The notes below the pieces were generated by a model. It was not told where the DNA came from. It saw nothing but the letters and a program-made list of their open reading frames with translations, and did not search any database. A program made the translations under genes and the position numbers. From Octopus sinensis (lineage: Eukaryota), in NCBI RefSeq assembly GCF_006345805.1, contig NC_043008.1, positions 22,568,001-22,632,000 on the forward strand: a stretch of 64,000 nt of DNA, in the 5' to 3' direction. Shown here one piece after another: positions 23,943-37,560 of this stretch (positions are counted from its first letter, which is position 1; each line of letters begins with the position of its first letter).

Positions 23943-24693
23943 TCTGAGCCTGCTCAGTGGAGGGTAAGGGTACCCCGTAGGATTAAAACAATAAAATCTG
24001 GAAGAGACAGATGAGCTCACTTATCCTAGGGAGGTGATGGGGGTCATGAAAATTAACGAATCAGATTGATGAAACCCTTGAATAGAAGTTAGACAGACAT
24101 GGCTGTGTGGTTAAGAAGCTCCCTTTGCAACCAAGTGGTTTATGGTTCAGCCCCACTGCACAGGACCTTGGGCAAATGTCTTCCACTATAGCCTTGGGTT
24201 GACCAATGCCATGTGAGTAAATAGGTACAGAGAAACTGTGAGGAAGCCTATTGTGTGCGCACGCACACAAGTGTGCATGTGTGTGTGTATTTTTATGCTT
24301 GTTCCACACCTTCACAACCTGACAACCAGTACTGGTTTGTTTACATCTCTTTAAATCAGTGATTTGGCAGAATACATTGATAGCATAAGTACCAGGCTCA
24401 AGGTATAAAATGAGTACTAGTGTCAATTTGTTGGACTATATACATGATATATATATACATGTATCAGTTGAAACACTCCTGTCACAACCTGGGACCTTGA
24501 AGACTGCTATAATGCAAGAAAGTATACCAGACCCTTAATATTTTATATTCAATATTTCATCTATTCAATAAGACAATCAATACTTCATTTCATTTTACTA
24601 TATATATATTATTTATACTATATATTCTATATCCTACATTAATATTATAAAGAATATAAATAAAACATAAAAAACAGAGTTGGAATTTCTTTG

Positions 24694-24736
<43 letters not shown>

Positions 24737-24778
24737 TACATATATATATACACACATATATATATATATATATATATA

Positions 24779-25894
24779 CTAGCAAACGCACCCATCCTTT
24801 GGATGGTTTAAGTGGCTTTGATGGGGTTTTTTTGACCAAATAATTGAATTACCAAGAAGGTTTATGAGTAGCATGGTAATCTATGTTTCCGATTAGCCAA
24901 GGAATGGAAAATCAAATTGAAAGCTGATTATTGTGGAGGTCGTTGCACTTTAATGATCATAGAACATGTAAGTTTGCAAGCGATGCAAAGTAGAGCTACT
25001 GGAGTGTTTTGGGAGTAGATTACAGATAATGACTACAAAATACAGTTGTTTTACATGAAAGCGAAATTTCTTGTGAGAAACAGCCACATAAATGGTGTAA
25101 TGAAATTGAAAGAAAATGTTGAAACTTCCCCTCTGCGAGTTTATTTTTTTCAACAGCAAAGGGAGCTATTTTTTCAGAGAGATAAGCTAACAAAAGCCCC
25201 TTTATTCTGTCTTCCCACATAGCCTGCACATAAACTAACAGCAAATGCTGCATAAAGTTAAATTTGCATGGAGCTTTCTGAAAGCTATGTATAGCTTTCA
25301 GTACTAGAAGCAAAACTCTTATTTTAAGGTTGATTCTTTGGGACGAATCATATGTGATTGTTTAAAAATGGCTAGAACTTCAATGTTAAAACATATTTGA
25401 AACAATGGACAATAGTCGAAATATCATAATAGATGGGTAAATAAGCATCCTTAAAGTGAAACAACGCATTGGTAGGTAAACAAAGATATCAACAAATAGA
25501 AGAGAAGGAAGGGAACATCACCTTTGAAGTAACTCAGAATAGGTAAAGGTAAGCTTGCCAAAGTTTAATGCAGTTTAAATATGGAGATTAAGATTGTTTG
25601 ATATTGGATATTCATCACGTACAGTGTTCCTAGTCAATTTAATCACTGTGGCAGGTAGACAGTTGAAATAAATAGAGAAAATCCTTTCACTTTGATAAAA
25701 AAATTTTAAATGTATGGAAGACCCTACATACAAAAATCTATGTCCTTTTAGGTCCATTTATGCGGGAGTTCTGGGCAAAATGTTTTGTGCATGACCATCC
25801 TTGGGACATAAGTAACGTGTGCGTAAAGTTTGCAGAAAATCAGTTGAGAACTGTATAAATATATGCAATAGTCATTATACACACACATACTGTG

Positions 25895-25915
<21 letters not shown>
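24779..25915 (-). mobile_element. ~1.1-kb non-autonomous Helitron-like element
   Basis: 3' hairpin CCATCCAAAGGATGG then CTAG|T at 24779-24782. 5' region (gtcccaaggatggtcatgcac) resembles the 1417-1782 element (gtccaagggtggtcgtgcac). Confidence 0.55.
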
Positions 25916-25951
<36 letters not shown>

Positions 25952-26284
25952 CACACACACACGTATATGCAAACACACATACATATGCACACACACACAC
26001 ATAAATGTCTATGTATAGGTATGTGTCCTCTGATAAAGACACACAATGCACTACATACAAACACATTATATGAACATGTCACGCACACACACACACACAC
26101 AAACAGATTCCCTCCCACACATGAACATATATATATATATATATATATATATGTGGTAATTTAGGGTGATAGCTGTAAAAATGTCAGTGAAGGAAACTGA
26201 AAAAACACTCTCTTGTGTGATGTTAAAGCAGCCACTAAATAACCATTAAACGCAGCTATTAAATAACCATTACATACCAATTAA

Positions 26285-26670
<386 letters not shown>

Positions 26671-26990
26671 TATAAAATATTATTTGAGACAAAACCACTA
26701 TTTTGCAAAACAAACAAGGAAAGACTTAATCAATACATAAAATTTAATAAATAGTCAAAAAAACCGCCACTACAATCGTTTCTTGTCTTGATCGACAATC
26801 TTCAGGTGGACTTCCAATAATTCAGTTACAAATTATGTAACTGAATTATGTCCACCTGAAGATTGTCGATCAAGACAAGAAACGATTGTAGTGGCGGTTT
26901 TTTTGACTATTTATTAAATTTTATGTATTGATTAAGTCTTTCCTTGTTTGTTTTGCAAAATAGTGGTTTTGTCTCAAATAATATTTTATA
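26671..26990. repeat. Fold-back palindrome (~140-bp matching outer arms) with a minimal hammerhead motif on each strand
   Basis: CCAC CUGAAGA UUGUC GAUCAA GACAA GAAAC GAUU GUA GUGG at 26852-26894 (+), mirrored at 26767-26809 (-). Confidence 0.85.
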
Positions 26991-27069
26991 ATATTTTACT
27001 ATAAAATTGGATTTAATCCTAAATCTGATTTTTTTCCCTGTAAATTTGGATATATTCCCTAATATTTAT

Positions 27070-27106
<37 letters not shown>

Positions 27107-27369
27107 CAAACATTCTTTCATACACACACATACAAATAAATTTAATGTCACTGAGTTACATACATACACACATACATATGCATGTACATACAGTCGTACA
27201 TAGACAGACAGACAGACACAGACACAGATATATAGACACATATATACACATATATACATTACATACACCTCTGAATCTAATAGATCTGCCTAAATATTTT
27301 AAAAGTTAAATAAATTAAGTATAATTTTGTAGATAAACAGAACTGGCATTTTCATTTGATATTTGACTG

Positions 27370-27717
27370 TGACGACGATGATGATGATGATGATGATGAT
27401 GTGCACTCTGGCAATGATGATCGTGATGATGAAGACAAAGATTATGGTGGTGGTGGTGGTGGTGGTGGTGGTTGTAATGATGAAGCTGGTGGTGGTGTTG
27501 GTGGTGGTAGTGGATGTGATGATGACAATGATAATGGTTATGGTAACGATGATTATAGTAGTAGTAGTAGTAGTAGCAGTAGTAGTAGTAGTAGTAGTAG
27601 TAGTCGCAGCAGCAGTAGCAGTAGCAGCAGCAGCAGTAGTAGTAGTAGTAGTAGTAGTAGTCGCAGCAGCATCAGCAGTAGTAGTAGTAGTAGTAGAGTA
27701 GTAGTAGTAGTTGCAGC

Positions 27718-27752
<35 letters not shown>

Positions 27753-27753
27753 C

Positions 27754-27797
<44 letters not shown>

Positions 27798-27800
27798 CAG
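27370..27800. repeat. Compound trinucleotide microsatellite (GAT/GGT/AGT/AGC)
   Basis: Visible directly; source of the poly-Ser/Val/Thr ORFs. Confidence 0.95.
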
Positions 27801-28174
27801 CTGCACCAATAGCAGGTGGGCATGGGCTGTAATAGTGCATCACTGCATCCACTATTCATTGCGATTCGCTACTCCTGACAGGGGACACCTTTGCACCACT
27901 CAGGCAACAACCGTCCATCGAATCCATGGGTCTGTTTTGGGGTAGTCGTTGTTGCTGGTGAGGGTTTTACAAGGTCGGAATGCAAATTCTACCTCAACCA
28001 CTTTTACTTGTCTTTTAGAACATGCAGAGAGGAAACACTGGATCCATTCTTTTAACATGCCAGTTCCCACACAGCACATGATGATAATAATGATGATGAT
28101 GATGATGAGTAGAAGGGTAGAAAATTGGTGAGGGCTTAAGTCAATTATATCCCTGTACAAGCCCAGAGTAACTG

Positions 28175-28470
28175 TTATTCAAATAGTTGTAGGAGCACTG
28201 AGAGCACTAACAACCAAGTTTGAGAAATATGTAGGATAAATTGACATGAGGGCAAAGCTGGCCCCAAAAACTGCTCTATTTGAGGACATGTAGGATCTTG
28301 AAATTTGTACTTGGATGTTGAGTGTCTTCCTGGATAAGTTAACATCCAAGTACCAAAGCCTATAGTTTGCAGAAAGAGACCCTGTGAGACTCCTGACAAC
28401 AGGTTGTTGTCCATTCTCATGAAATCGACCAGAGCAAGTAAGACCAAGAACTCTGAGTAATAAATTATAA
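28175..28470 (+). mobile_element. Second Dong/R4-like 3' relic
   Basis: IVVGALRALTTKFEKYV...PKTALF; 3'UTR similar to 9780-9870; ends in a TAA-rich tract. Confidence 0.6.
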
Positions 28471-28479
28471 TAATAGTAA

Positions 28480-29188
28480 TCCTTTCTATTGAGGCACAAG
28501 GCCTGAAATTTGGGGGGAGGGAATCAGTCAATTACATCAACCCCAGTGTTTCACTTGTCCTTAATTTACTGACCCCGAAAGGATGAAAGACAAACTCGAC
28601 CTCGGCAGAGTTTGAACTCAGAACGTAAGAACGGGCAAAGTATTGCTATGCATTTCGTCCAGCACACTAATGACTCAGCCAGCTTGCTGCCTTAATAATC
28701 TTTTCTACTATAGGCACAAGGCCTGAAATTTGGAGGAGGGGTTAAGTCGATTACAATTTATCAACCCCTGAAAGGATGAAAGGCAAAGTCGACCTTGGCA
28801 GAATTTGAACTCAGAACACAAGGACTGATGAAATACCGCTTTGCATTTCATCCAGTATACTAATGATTCTGCCATCTCACTGCCTTCTTCAATGATGATA
28901 ATAATAACAATAATAATAATAATAATAATAATAATAGTAATAATAATAATAATCTTTTCTTATTTCTTTACTGCCCACAAGGGGCTATACACAGCAGAGA
29001 CAAACAAGGACAGACAAACAGATTAAGTCGATTACATTGACCCCAGTGTGTAACTGGTACTTATTTAATCAACTCTGAAAGGATGAAAGGCAAAGTCAAC
29101 CTCGGCAGAATTTGAACTCAGAACGTAGCGACAGGCGAAATACCTATTTCTTTACTACCCACAAGGTACTAAACACAGAGAGGACAAC
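28480..29188 (-). mobile_element. SINE-B cluster including a partial multimer
   Basis: Family B motifs; multimer junction cgaaatacctatttcttt near 29140. Confidence 0.8.
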
Positions 29189-29189
29189 G

Positions 29190-29628
29190 ACAAACATAAA
29201 AAAAAATACTTATGCAGTAACCATGTCAGATAATCTTTAGTTAAGAACTGGAGCGACAGTGAAGTGGGGACAACCACCAAGGTTTAATCAAGGAATCACG
29301 TAAACCCAGGATAACCTGCTTAATAGGAGTAAAGTGCTCTCTCTCAGACGCTAACAACCAGTAGCAACAACTACAAACATAAAAAAAAACACTTCTGCAG
29401 TAACTATGTCATATAACCCTTAGTTAAGAACTGGAGTGGCAGTGAAGTGGGGACAACCACCAAGGTTTAATCAAGGAATCACGTAAACCCAGGATAATCT
29501 GTCTAATAGGAGTAAAGTGCTCTCTCTCATGCTAACAACCAATAGCAACAATGACAAACATTAAAAAAATCACTTCTGCAGTAACCATGTCATATAATTT
29601 TTAGTCAAGAACTGGGGCACCAGTGAAG
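29190..29628. repeat. ~182-bp tandem repeat, 2.4 units
   Basis: Unit starts at 29190, 29373 and 29554; no similarity to other repeats in the window. Confidence 0.9.
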
Positions 29629-30015
29629 TATTCATTGTTATGTAGTTTAGCAAAAGGTAAACGATACTGTCACAGCCCATCCCGTTCGGGTTGTTAACTT
29701 ACAGATGGATTCATAGGATGTTTGTAATGTTTATGAAAAGCTGAATGGGAGTTAAAACCATGTCAAAGACTCATCTAACCCAGATCTTAACCCTGGTTGC
29801 AATGGTACTTACAAAATGAACAAGGAAAGGAAGGAAGGACCTCATGGAGATCAGCTTTATTTGATACAGATACAGAGTTGTTTATGATTCAGTATTTAGT
29901 CCTAGTTCTTTGGAACACTATATGAACCAACAACCTTTTAGTTTGTACTCCAGTTACCAAGCAGTAGCGGGGGAGAGTTACAAACACAAACATGAACTCA
30001 CACACACATTATATA

Positions 30016-30496
30016 CAGGGTGGGACAGAATTCATGACTCATTTGTCAGTTATATTTATTAATACATTAATATTTATTAATATGCATATTCCGAAATAAA
30101 GTAATAAATTTAAACAATGCAATAACAATAAAATAAGCTGTTGTGTCTGGGGAGAGTCATTTTCTTTTTGTGCCTTATAATGTAACACACTCACACGGTA
30201 AAATTTCCACTTATTTCTTATTTTTATTTTCCTAAAATTTTCGTTGTGTCTTGCAACCTTTTCAATAGTCTATTGAAAAGGTTGCAAGATGCAATGAAAA
30301 TTTTAGTAAAAAAAATAAGAAAAAAAAAGTGGAAATTTTAAGGCACAAAAAGAAAATGACTCTCCCCAGACACAACAGAATATGCTTCAACACACAAACT
30401 CATATAAAGAATCTTGCAAACCAAATCCAAAAACAAAAAATGAAATAAGCATAGTAAGAAATATAACAAATGAGTCATGAATTCTGGCCCACCCTG
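30016..30496. mobile_element. Tc1/mariner-like MITE carrying an internal palindrome (30138-30378)
   Basis: TIRs CAGGGTGGGACAGAATTCATGACTCATTTG / CAAATGAGTCATGAATTCTGGCCCACCCTG; TA on the left. Confidence 0.75.
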
Positions 30497-30730
30497 TGTG
30501 TATATATTCTTTTATTCTTTTACTTGTTTCAGTCATTTGACTGTGGCCAAGCTGGAGCACCGCCTTTAGTCAAACAAATCAACCCCCAAGAGTTATTCTT
30601 TATAAGCCTAGTACTTATTCTGTCAGTCTCTTTGGCCAAACCACTAAGTTATGGGGGAAATAAATATACCATCATCAGTTGTCAAGCATCAGGGGGAACA
30701 AACACAAACACACATATATACAGACACACA

Positions 30731-33365
30731 CCCAAAATAACGTGGTGGTGGAACAATGTTCTGAACAGAGCTATCAGAGAAAAGAAACAGGCTTGGAAGG
30801 ACTGGAAGAACGGTGGTAGCATGGAACTGTATCAGACTGCCAGAAGGGAAGCTAGGAAACAGGTTTATTTAGCCAGAGGGGAAGCAGATAAGGAAGACTT
30901 TGCCAATGTTCTGCACCATGAGGACCAAAGACTTGAGGTATTTCATGTTGCAAGGCAGTGTGTGACAGAGAACCATGATGTTGTTGGAGAGAAATGTGTC
31001 TGCATAGATGATGGTTCTCTTGCACTAAATGAGGATGCAAAGAGAGAGGTTTGAAGACACCACTATGAAAGGTTGCTCAATAAAGAAAATGAATGGGAGA
31101 AAGAGAGTCTGCTGAATGTCGACCCAACAGAGGGACCAGCTATCTGAGTTGACAGTACCTTGGTAGATAAAGCAATTAAGAGTATGAAGACAGGAAAAGC
31201 ACCCAGCCCATCAGGAATTACTTCAAAATATCTGGCAGTGTTGGCTATAGCCTAGTCACCCGTATAGTTAACCAGGTGATACACGAAGGAGTCATACCCA
31301 ATGACTGGTGTAGCAGCATAATAGTCAACTGCTACAAAGGTAAAGGTGATGCTTTAGATAAAAATAATTACAGAGGTATCAAGTTGTTGGATCAGGTAAT
31401 GAAAGTCACAGAGAGGGTCATAGCCCAACTAACTAGGGAGAGTCAGTTTAGATGAGATGCAGTTAGGGTTCATGCCAGGGAAAAGCACCACTGATGCTAT
31501 ATTTCTGGTAAGGCAGCTGCAGGAGAAATACCTAGCCAAAGATAAACCTCTGTACTTGGCTTTTATTGAAATGGAGAAAGCCTTTGACAGGGTCCCCCTG
31601 ATCCCTTATCTGGTGGTCAATGAGGAAACTAAGGATAGATGAATGGTTAGTGAGCGCTGTGCAAACCATGTACAGAGATGCTGTCAGTAAGGTGAGGGTT
31701 GGCAACGATTACAGTGAAGAATTTCGAGTAGAGGTAGGGGTCCACCAAGGTTCGGTCCTCAGCCTCTTCCTGTTTATCATAGTCCTCCAGGCAATAACAG
31801 AGGAATTCAAGACAGGATGTCCCTGGGAGCTCCTCTATGCTGACAATCTTGCTCTAATTGATGAGTCACTATCAGAACTAGAGGAGAAGTTTGAAGTGTG
31901 GAAACAAGGATTAGAATCAAAGGGCCTTAGAGTCAACCTAGCTAAAACCAAAGTCCTAATAAGTAGGAAGGCAGGCAAACCACAACTCCCTTCAGGTAGA
32001 TGGCCCTGCTCGATCTGTAGAAAAGGTGTAGGTAGAAACTCTATAAGATGTACCTAGTGTAAGTTATGGACACATAAGAGATGCAGCAATATCAAAGGAA
32101 GGATAACTGGGAAGATAGTTTTTGCATGTGGCAGATGCTCAGGAGCAATAAGCACTGAAAATGTACAGAGAACAACTTCCACCACATTCTAGGGAGAAAA
32201 ACTAGTAGTTGATAGCTTCCATTACTTAGGTTACCAAGACAGTAGGGTGCACTGAAAGTGTAGCTGCTAGAATAAGAATAGCCTGGGCAAAGTTCAGAGA
32301 GCTCTTACCTCTGCAGGTGACAAAGGGCCTCTCACTCAGAGTAAAATGTAGACTGTATGACGCATGTGTACAAACAGCCATGCTACATGGCAGTGAAACA
32401 TGGGCCGTAACTGCTGAGGACATGCGTAAGCTTGCAAGGAATGAAGCCAGTGTGCTCTGATGGATGTGTAATGTCAGTGTGCATACTCGACAGAGTGTTA
32501 GTACCTTGAGAGTTGGACCTAAGAAGCATCAGATGTGATGTGCAAGAGAGACGACTGCGCTGGTATGGCCATATGGTGAGAATGGATGTGGTTAGCTGTG
32601 TGAAAAAGTGCCACACCCTAGCAGTTGAGGGACCTGTGGAAGAGGCAGACCCAGGAAGACCTGGGATGAGGTGGTGAAGCATGACCTTCAAACATTAGGC
32701 CTCACCGAGGCAATGACTAGTGACCGGGACCTTTGGAAATATGCTGTGCTTGAGAAGACTCGGCAAGCCAAGTGAGACCATAACCTCATGGCCTATGCCA
32801 GGGGTGTAACCAGCCCACTTATGTGTACCTTTCCTTCATTGGACACTAAACTCTGCTTGCGAAGACCTGTTGAGGCAAGTGAAATCTAAATCAAATTCGA
32901 TGACTGGCATCCATACTAGTGGCGCTAAGAGTACCATATGAGCATGATCATTGCCAGAACAACTAACTGGCCTCTGTACCGGTGGCACATAAAAAGCAAC
33001 ATTCGAGCATGATTGTTATCAGCATCGCCTTACTGGCACTTGTGCTGGTAGCACATGAAAAAACATTTGAGCGCGGTCGTTGCCAGTGCCACAGGACTGG
33101 CTCCTGTGCAGGTGGCACATAAAAATCACCATTTGAGCATAGCCATTGCCAGTACCACATGACTGTCCCTCGTGTCGATGGCACATAAAAGCACCCACTA
33201 CACTCTTGGAGTGGTTGGTGCTACGAAGGGCATCCAGTTGTAGAAACTCTGCCAGATCAGACTGGAGCCTGGTGCAGCCATCTGGTTCGCCAGACTTCAG
33301 TCAAATCGTCCAACCCATGCTAGCATGGAAAGCGGACATTAAACGATGATGATGATGATGATGAT
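30731..33365 (+). mobile_element. 5'-truncated, inactivated RTE-clade LINE (RT, Cys-rich insert, 3'UTR, (GAT)n tail)
   Basis: QLGFMPGKSTTDAIFLVRQLQEK, GVHQGSVLS, LLYADNLAL, WPCSICRKGVGRNSIRC; several stops and frameshifts. Confidence 0.95.
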
Positions 33366-33519
33366 ACATCTATATTTTTTTTATTCATTTACTTATTTGA
33401 ATCATCAGACTGTGGCCATGTTGGAGCACCACTTTAAAGAATGTTTAGTCAAATGAATCAACCCCAGTGTTTATAACAACAGACTTGCAATCAAGGGATC
33501 ATGGGTTCGAATCTTAGGC

Positions 33520-34380
33520 CAGGTAAAATGCTTAGCTGTATTTTGTCAACCACTACAGTCTGAGTTGAAATCCGGCCAAGATTGACTTTGCCTTTCATAC
33601 TTTCAGCATCAATAAATAAATAACCAGTGGAGTACTGGGGTCGATGTGATTAACTGTCCCCCTCCCCACAAAATCCAGGCCTTGTGCCTATAGTAGAAAG
33701 AATTATTACTATTATTATTATTATATTATTATTATTATTATTATTATTATTGCCATTAAGGTGTCGAGCTGGTAGAATCGTTGGCACACTGGATAAAATG
33801 CTTAGCAGTATTTCACCTGTTATTACGTTCTGAGTTCAAATTCCACACACAACTTGTTCTAAAATGACCATTACTAAGCAGCCTGGAAAATGTTAGTAGA
33901 AAAGAGTTTAGTATACAGTTTGGCAGAGTTTAACGAAGAATGAAGAGTACAGGTGGTAATAAAGGGGGATCTTGTAACCCTTTTGTTGCCATATATCAAA
34001 ATCTGCCGAGGTCGACTTTGACTTTCATCCTTTTGGGGTCAATAAATTAGGTACCAGGGAAACATAGAGGTCAATGTAATCAACCAGTCCCCTTTCCCCC
34101 AAATTTCAGGCCTTGTGCCTTTAGCAGAAAGGATTATTATTATCATTATTGGTAGAACTGGTAGAATCATTGGTAGAGCTGGTAGAATCATTAGAATGTT
34201 AGACAAAATGCTCTGTGACATAACTTCAGGTTATTTATATTCTGACTTCAAATTCCACCAGGCTTGACTTTACCTTTCATCCTTTCACAAGTACCAGTCA
34301 AGCACTAAAGCTGATGTTATTAACTGGCCATCTGGCCCAACATATTAGGCTTTGTGCATATGGTAGAAAGAATTATTATC
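33520..34380 (+). mobile_element. Three SINE-B variants; the middle one carries a ~155-bp insert
   Basis: Family B motifs split at gttcaaattcc|...|ctgccgaggtcgac. Confidence 0.75.
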
Positions 34381-35089
34381 ATAAATATTGAAAGTACAAC
34401 AAAATAAAAATATGGAATTAAAACCGTAAAATTAAAAACAAAAAAGAATTCATTATCATTTTATTGTTATTATTTGATAATTTAATAAGCACATATCAAT
34501 TATCGGTATTATGTTGTTATTATTTTATTGTTTGTCATTCTTTATCCTCAATGTAGAGAACAAGTTTTGTTGTTGTTGTTGTTGCTGTTTTGTTTCGCAT
34601 TGTTATGGCTGTTGTAATGCTATTTAAAGACAATAAACTAAAATTGATTTCAATTCACTAATGAGAATTTACGTAGCACAGACAGACACTCTCCATCCTT
34701 AACTGACAAGCCTAAAAATCTAAAATTAGAATTAGAAAAAAAAAAGGCGTTAGCAAAAACAGAAGAAAAAACATCCGGGAACCATCAGTAGTAGACACGA
34801 AATGCCACAAACAGGAATTTGTTTTTTGTCCTTTTTTGTTTTTTTGTGAAAAAAAAACAAGAAAAAAAACAATTCAGCACATGATTTTTCTAAAATGACC
34901 ATTACTAAGCAGCATGGAACATTTGAATTGAAAAGAGTTTAGTATACAGTTTGGCAGAGTTTAACGAAGAATGAAGAGTACAGGTGGTAATAAAGAAGGT
35001 TTTATAACCTTTTTGTTGCCATATATCTTTTGGAACAGACCATTTTGAAAATAAAGAAAATTTAATAAAATAATTTGATCATTAATAAG

Positions 35090-35254
35090 CAGGAGTGGTT
35101 GTGTGGTAAGTAGCTTGTTTACCAACCACATGGTTCCGGGTTCAGTCTCACTGCGTGGCACTTTGGGCAAGTGTCTTCTACTATATCCTTGGGCTGACCA
35201 AAACCTTGTGAGTGGATTTGGTAGACGGGAACTGAAAGAAGCCCGTCATATATA

Positions 35255-35305
<51 letters not shown>

Positions 35306-35959
35306 TTGTCCCCCCAACATCACTTGACAACCGATGCTGCTGTGTTTACGTCCCCGTCAATTAGCAGTTCAGCAAAAGAGACCAATAGAATAAGTACTGG
35401 GCTTACAAAGAATAAGTCCCAAGGTCGATTTGCTCAACTAAAGGCGGTGCTCCAGCATGGCTTCAGTCAAGTGACTGAAACAAGTAAAAGAGTAAAAGAG
35501 TGTTTGAAACATGAATTAATATGAGGTTCTGATGGATGGTTTTAATTTGGATCACTTTGAAACTGGAAACTTATATTATAAAACCAGGAGTGGTCTCAAG
35601 GACAGTACATTTCTAGATCTGTATCTCAAGTAATGTTTAGGCATATGATGTAAAGATTAAAACTGCTATAATCCAAATATTTTGAGTTCCTGAACCAATA
35701 TGGAGTATTCTGCCTTTGAGTATGACACTTTGTGTTCGCAGAAAATAGATTGTATCTGCTACAGAATGGTATCACACAGCTTTTGGACCCAAAATTTTGC
35801 AACCTCACAATGTGAGTGGCTGTGTGGTAAGTAGCTTGCTTACCAACCACATGGTTCAAGGTTCAGTCCCACTGCATGGAACCTTGGGCAAGTATCTTCT
35901 ACTATAGCCTCGAGCTGTGAATGAATTTGGTAGACGGAAACTGAAAGAAGCCCATCGTA

Positions 35960-36030
<71 letters not shown>

Positions 36031-36245
36031 ATGTGTGTGTGTGTCTGTGTTTGTCCCCCAACATCACTTGACAACCAATGCTGGTATGTTTATGTCTTCG
36101 TAACTTAGCAGTTCAGTAAAAGAGACCGATAGAATAAGTACTAGGCTTATAAAGAATAAGTCCTGGGGTCGAATTGCTTGACTACAGGCAGTGCTCCAGC
36201 ATGGCCACAGTCAAATGACTGAAACGAGTAAAAGAGTAAAAGAGA
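35090..36245 (+). mobile_element. Two SINE-A copies (35090-35500 and 35815-36245)
   Basis: Family A motifs. Confidence 0.9.
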
Positions 36246-36544
36246 GTAAACCCTTGAATACTACAGAACAGTGGTTGATGATGATCCCCCACCTCTCACA
36301 GCAAAAAGCTAAAAATAGTGGATTAGCAAGGTTGTTAGACTCCAAGAAAAAAATAATAATTTTTTTTTTTATATACCCAAGCCTATTCCCCAATTTTTGT
36401 AGGAGGGGGTAGACACACACCAGGCATTCCATTCATTTCCCAGCTCAAAGAGGCGAGCCCTGTTCTATGCTCAGGTCAAAGTATAAAACACAACCCCTGA
36501 TATTATCAACAGAGCCTGACAACATATGCTAGTTTGCCCCTGCC

Positions 36545-37560
36545 GCATCATGCTGTTTGTCTGTCCTCTCTGTGTTTAACCCCTTATGGGCAATAAAGAA
36601 ATAGGTATTTCGTCTCCCGTTACATTCTGAGTTCAAATTCCGCTGAGGTCGACTTTGTCTTTCATCCTTTCAGGGTCGATAAATTAAGTACCAGTTACGC
36701 ACTGGGGTCAATGTAATCGACTTAATCCGTTTGTCTGTCCTTGCTTGTCCCCTCTATGTTTAGCCCCTTGTGGGCAATAAAGAAATAAGTGTTTCTCAAC
36801 CATTTTTTGCCCGTGGACTCTTTTGGTTCCTATTTTATTTGGATGAACCCTCATAGTTATTCACTGTTTAAAGAAATCCTTTTACATTTTTATAATTAAA
36901 TATTATTTGAAATTGGATTAAGGCAACGAGCTGGCAGACTTGTTAGCACGCTGGATGAGATGCTTAGCAGTATTTCACTCATTGCTATGTTCTGAGTTCA
37001 AATCCTGCTGAGGTCAACTTTGCCTTTCATCTTTTTGGGGTCAATGAAATAAGTACCAGTCGAACACTGGGGTCGGTGTAATCAACTCATCCCCACTAAG
37101 CTGCCCTTGTGGCAAAAATTTGAATAATTAGAAATTGTATTAAAAAAACTGTTAAAATATTTTGTGCAGTGTAGAAGTGTAACCAATTTATTGCATATGA
37201 ATTTTACCAACTCATATGGACCCCTAGGGGTTGTGTAGGCCCCATTTGAGAACCCCTGACTTAGAATAACCCAACCATACAGGTGAATAGAAGCATGATG
37301 ACAGAAGAAGAACCAATATGGATGGGTAAAGGGAGTGCAAGACTTGACAAATGATTTTCCTACCATTTCTTATTTCTTTATTGCCCACAAGGGGCTAAAC
37401 ACAGAGGGGACAAACAAGGACAGACAAAGGGATTAAGTCGATTACATCAACCCCAGTACATAACTGGTACTTAATTTATTGACCCCAAAAGGATGAAAGG
37501 CAAAGTCGACCTCGGCGAAATTTAAACTCAGAACATAACGGCAGATGAAATACCGCTCTC
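36545..37560. mobile_element. SINE-B multimer (+, 36545-36788), B (+, 36920-37130) and B (-, 37366-37560)
   Basis: Family B motifs. Confidence 0.8.
36787..37257. mobile_element. hAT-like MITE interrupted by a SINE-B; related fragment at ~51650-51778
   Basis: Termini agtgtttctcaacc ... tttgagaacccctg. Confidence 0.5.
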
